Assembly: GCF_020745735.1 (NCBI RefSeq)
Contig: NC_083429.1
Location: 23,975,877 to 24,039,876 of the forward strand
Direction: 5' to 3'
DNA length: 64,000 nucleotides
Source: Hemiscyllium ocellatum
Lineage: Eukaryota
Shown here in pieces: positions 61,670 to 64,000 of this stretch. The first letter of the stretch is position 1. Each line of letters opens with the position of its first letter. Both the position numbers and the translations under genes were made by a program. The notes beneath the pieces were generated by a model. It did no database searches, was not told where the DNA came from, and worked only from the letters and a program-made list of their open reading frames with translations.

Positions 61670-64000
61670 CCTTAATCTTTTCCCTTCCACCTGCCTCCCA
61701 CTCTCTCTCTCTTCTTTGTCTCCCTTTCTTTTTCCCCTCTCTTTTTCTTGCTCTCACCGTCTTTTCTCTCTCTCCCTTCTCGTTCTCTCTCCCCCTTTTG
61801 TTCTCTCTCCCCATCTCGCTCTTTCTTCCGCTTTTCACTCTCCCCTTTTGCTCTCTCTTTCAGTGCTTTCGCTCATTCCCTCCCTCTCTTCACTCTCTCC
61901 CTCTCTTTGTTCACTCCCCCTTTCTTGCTCTCTCCCTCTTTTCGCTGTCTCTCACTTTTCATGCCCTCTCTTTTTACGCTTTTTCTCCCACTCTTTTTGC
62001 ACTCTCTCTCTCTCTTTTCGCTCCCTCTCCCTCTTTTCGCCCTGTCCCTCTCTCCCTTCCCCTTTTCACTCTCTCCCTTCCTCTTTTCATCTCCCTCCCT
62101 CTTTTTGCACTCTCTCCCTCTTGTCACTCTCTGTCTTCTCTCTCTCTTCTCCTTTTTGCTCTCTGTCTTTTCACTGTCCGTCTTTTCGCTCTCCCTCCAT
62201 CATTTTGATCTCTCTCCCACTTTTCTCTTTCCCACTCCGTCTTTTTCTCTCCAGCTTTTTGCTCTCTCTCTCTTTCTGTCTCTCCTTTTTTTCTCTCTCC
62301 AGTTTTTCCCCTCCCACCTTTCTCTCTCTCTCCCTCTTTTCTCGCTCTCTCCTCCCTTTTGCTCGTCTCCCTTTTGCTTGTCTCTCTCGTTGCTCTTGCT
62401 CGATCCACTCTTCACTCTCGCCCTTGCTCTTCTCGCTTACTCTTTTTCCCTCTTGCTCTTCTCTCTCTCTTTCTCTCTCACTCTCACTTTGTGTTCACGC
62501 GTGCTCTCTTTTCTCCCTCATGCACTCTCTTGCTCTCGCCTCCCTCTTGCCATCTTTTCGCACTGTCTCGCTCTTCTCTTGCTCACTCTTCTCTCTCTCT
62601 CGCACTCTGTTCTCTCTCTCTCTCACTCTCTTTTCTCTCTCACTCACTTTTTCTCATTCTTTCTTCTCTCTCTGTTGCTCTCTCTCTGCCCCCACTTTTC
62701 TCTCTCTTGCTCTTCCCCCTCTCTTTTCTCTCCCTCACTCTTATTCTTCTTGTGCTCTCTTTTCTCTCGTGCTTTTTTCTTGCGCTTTTTCTCCCGCTCT
62801 CTTTTTTCGCGCGCTGTCTTTTTTCGCGTGCTTTTTTTTCGCGCGCTCTCTTTTCTCTCACATGCTCTCACTCTTCTCTCGTGCTCTTCTCCCTCCCTTT
62901 TATCTCGTGCTCGCTTTTGTTCTCCTCTTTTTTTTCTCTAGCTCTCTTTTCTCTTTTGTCTCGCTCTTGCAGTCTTTTTTCTCACTCTCACTCATCCTTC
63001 TCCCTTTTGCTCTTTTTCTGTCTCACTCCCTCATGCTTGCTCTCTTTTCTCTCGTCTCTTTTCTATCTTGTCTGTTTTCTCTCTCCTCTCTTTTTTATCT
63101 TCTCTCACTCTTGCTGTCTTCTCTTGCACTCGCTCTTGTCGCGCTTTCACTCATCTCTCGTGCTCGCTCTCGCTTTCTCTCGCTCTCGCTCTGTCACTCT
63201 CTCTCCCACACACTTTTTTCTCTCTATCTTGTCCTCTCTCTCTCTTGCTCACCCGTGCTCCCTTTTCTCGAATGCGCTTTTTTTTCGCTCTTACGTGCTT
63301 TTTTTTGTCTCACCATGGTTTTTTTCTCTCTTGTCTCTCGCTCTCTTTTCTGTCTGTCTCTCCCTCGCTCTCTCCTCCCTCGCTCTCTCCTCCCTCGCTC
63401 TCTCCTCCCTCGCTCTCTCCTCCCTCGCTCTCTCCTCCCTCGCTCTCTCCTCCCTCGCTCTCTCCTCCCTCGCTCTCTCCTCCCTCGCTCTCTTTTCTCT
63501 TCTTGCTCGCTGTCACACTCTCTGACTCCTCTCTGTCTGTCTCTTGCTCTGTTTTACTCTCTTGCGTGCTCTATTTCGCTCTTCTCTGTCGCGCTCTTTT
63601 TCCCTCTTGCGCTCTTCTTTTGCTCTTGCTCTCTCTCTACTCTCTGGCTTTCTCTCTCGCGCCCTTTTCTCTCTCGCGCCCTCACTCTCCTCTCTCGCCT
63701 TCTCCCTCTCTCGCTCTCTTTTCCCACTCTCGCGCTCTCTTCTCGCGCGCTCTTCTTTGCTCTCGCCTTCGCTCTTGCTCTCGCTCGTCTGTCTCGCTGT
63801 TCACTTGCATTCTTTTCTCTCATGCGCTCTTTTTCATGTCTCTCATGCTCTCTTTTCTCTCTTTCACACTTGGCCTTTACTCTCTCGCTTGATCTTTTTT
63901 CTCGCGCTCGCTGTTTTTTGTCTTTCTCTCATCGCTCGGTCTTTCCTCTCGCTCGCCTTCGCTGTTTTCTCTCTCGCTGTTTTCTCTCTCTTCTCTCGCT
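61670..64000. repeat. Polypyrimidine (CT-rich) low-complexity tract >2.3 kb, running off the window
   Basis: Almost exclusively C/T on the + strand, with recurring ctctct, ttttcgct and tcact motifs. Confidence 0.97.
63361..63493. repeat. Perfect 15-bp minisatellite (tccctcgctctctcc), 8 full units plus a partial unit
   Basis: Directly visible; gives the ESEGG and SSLAL repeat pseudo-ORFs. Confidence 0.97.

Noticed and set aside
61660-63892. Long S/L/F-rich and R/E/K-rich ORFs (up to 397 aa)
   Set aside because: These are artefacts of stop-poor CT low-complexity sequence.

Overview
This is eukaryotic, repeat-rich vertebrate DNA, most likely from a cartilaginous fish (shark). That assignment is inferred from HE1-type SINEs, HER1/CR1-type LINEs and Penelope elements. 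The minus strand carries two coding exons of the ciliary transition-zone gene TMEM218 (16155-16046 and 8754-8649); its last exon was not found and is probably left of the window. A candidate RFX/CCAAT promoter for TMEM218 lies at ~21.5 kb, next to a 1.4-kb AT-rich satellite. On the plus strand, a CpG-island promoter and first exon at ~54.1-54.6 kb most likely belong to PKNOX2 (inferred from synteny and recalled 5'-leader similarity; no PKNOX coding exon is in the window). There are two processed pseudogenes (PPIA-like cyclophilin and RPL23A). The most striking structure is at 25.4-29.2 kb. A ~245-bp solo-LTR-like element has been split open at one site and filled with a ~3.5-kb head-to-tail stack of poly(A) retro-insertions, each separated by a copy of the same ~12-bp target motif (ACATTTCTGTTT). 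The stack contains two different L1/Tx1-type 3' ends, transduced pieces of sister target loci and a nearly intact cellular cyclophilin mRNA copy. It looks like a self-regenerating, sequence-specific retro-integration site just downstream of the host LTR's promoter motifs. The rest of the window is mostly CR1, older LINE, RTE, Rex1, Penelope, Gypsy and SINE relics, ending in a >2.3-kb polypyrimidine tract. All identifications come from reading the sequence and from recalled family knowledge; no database search was run.
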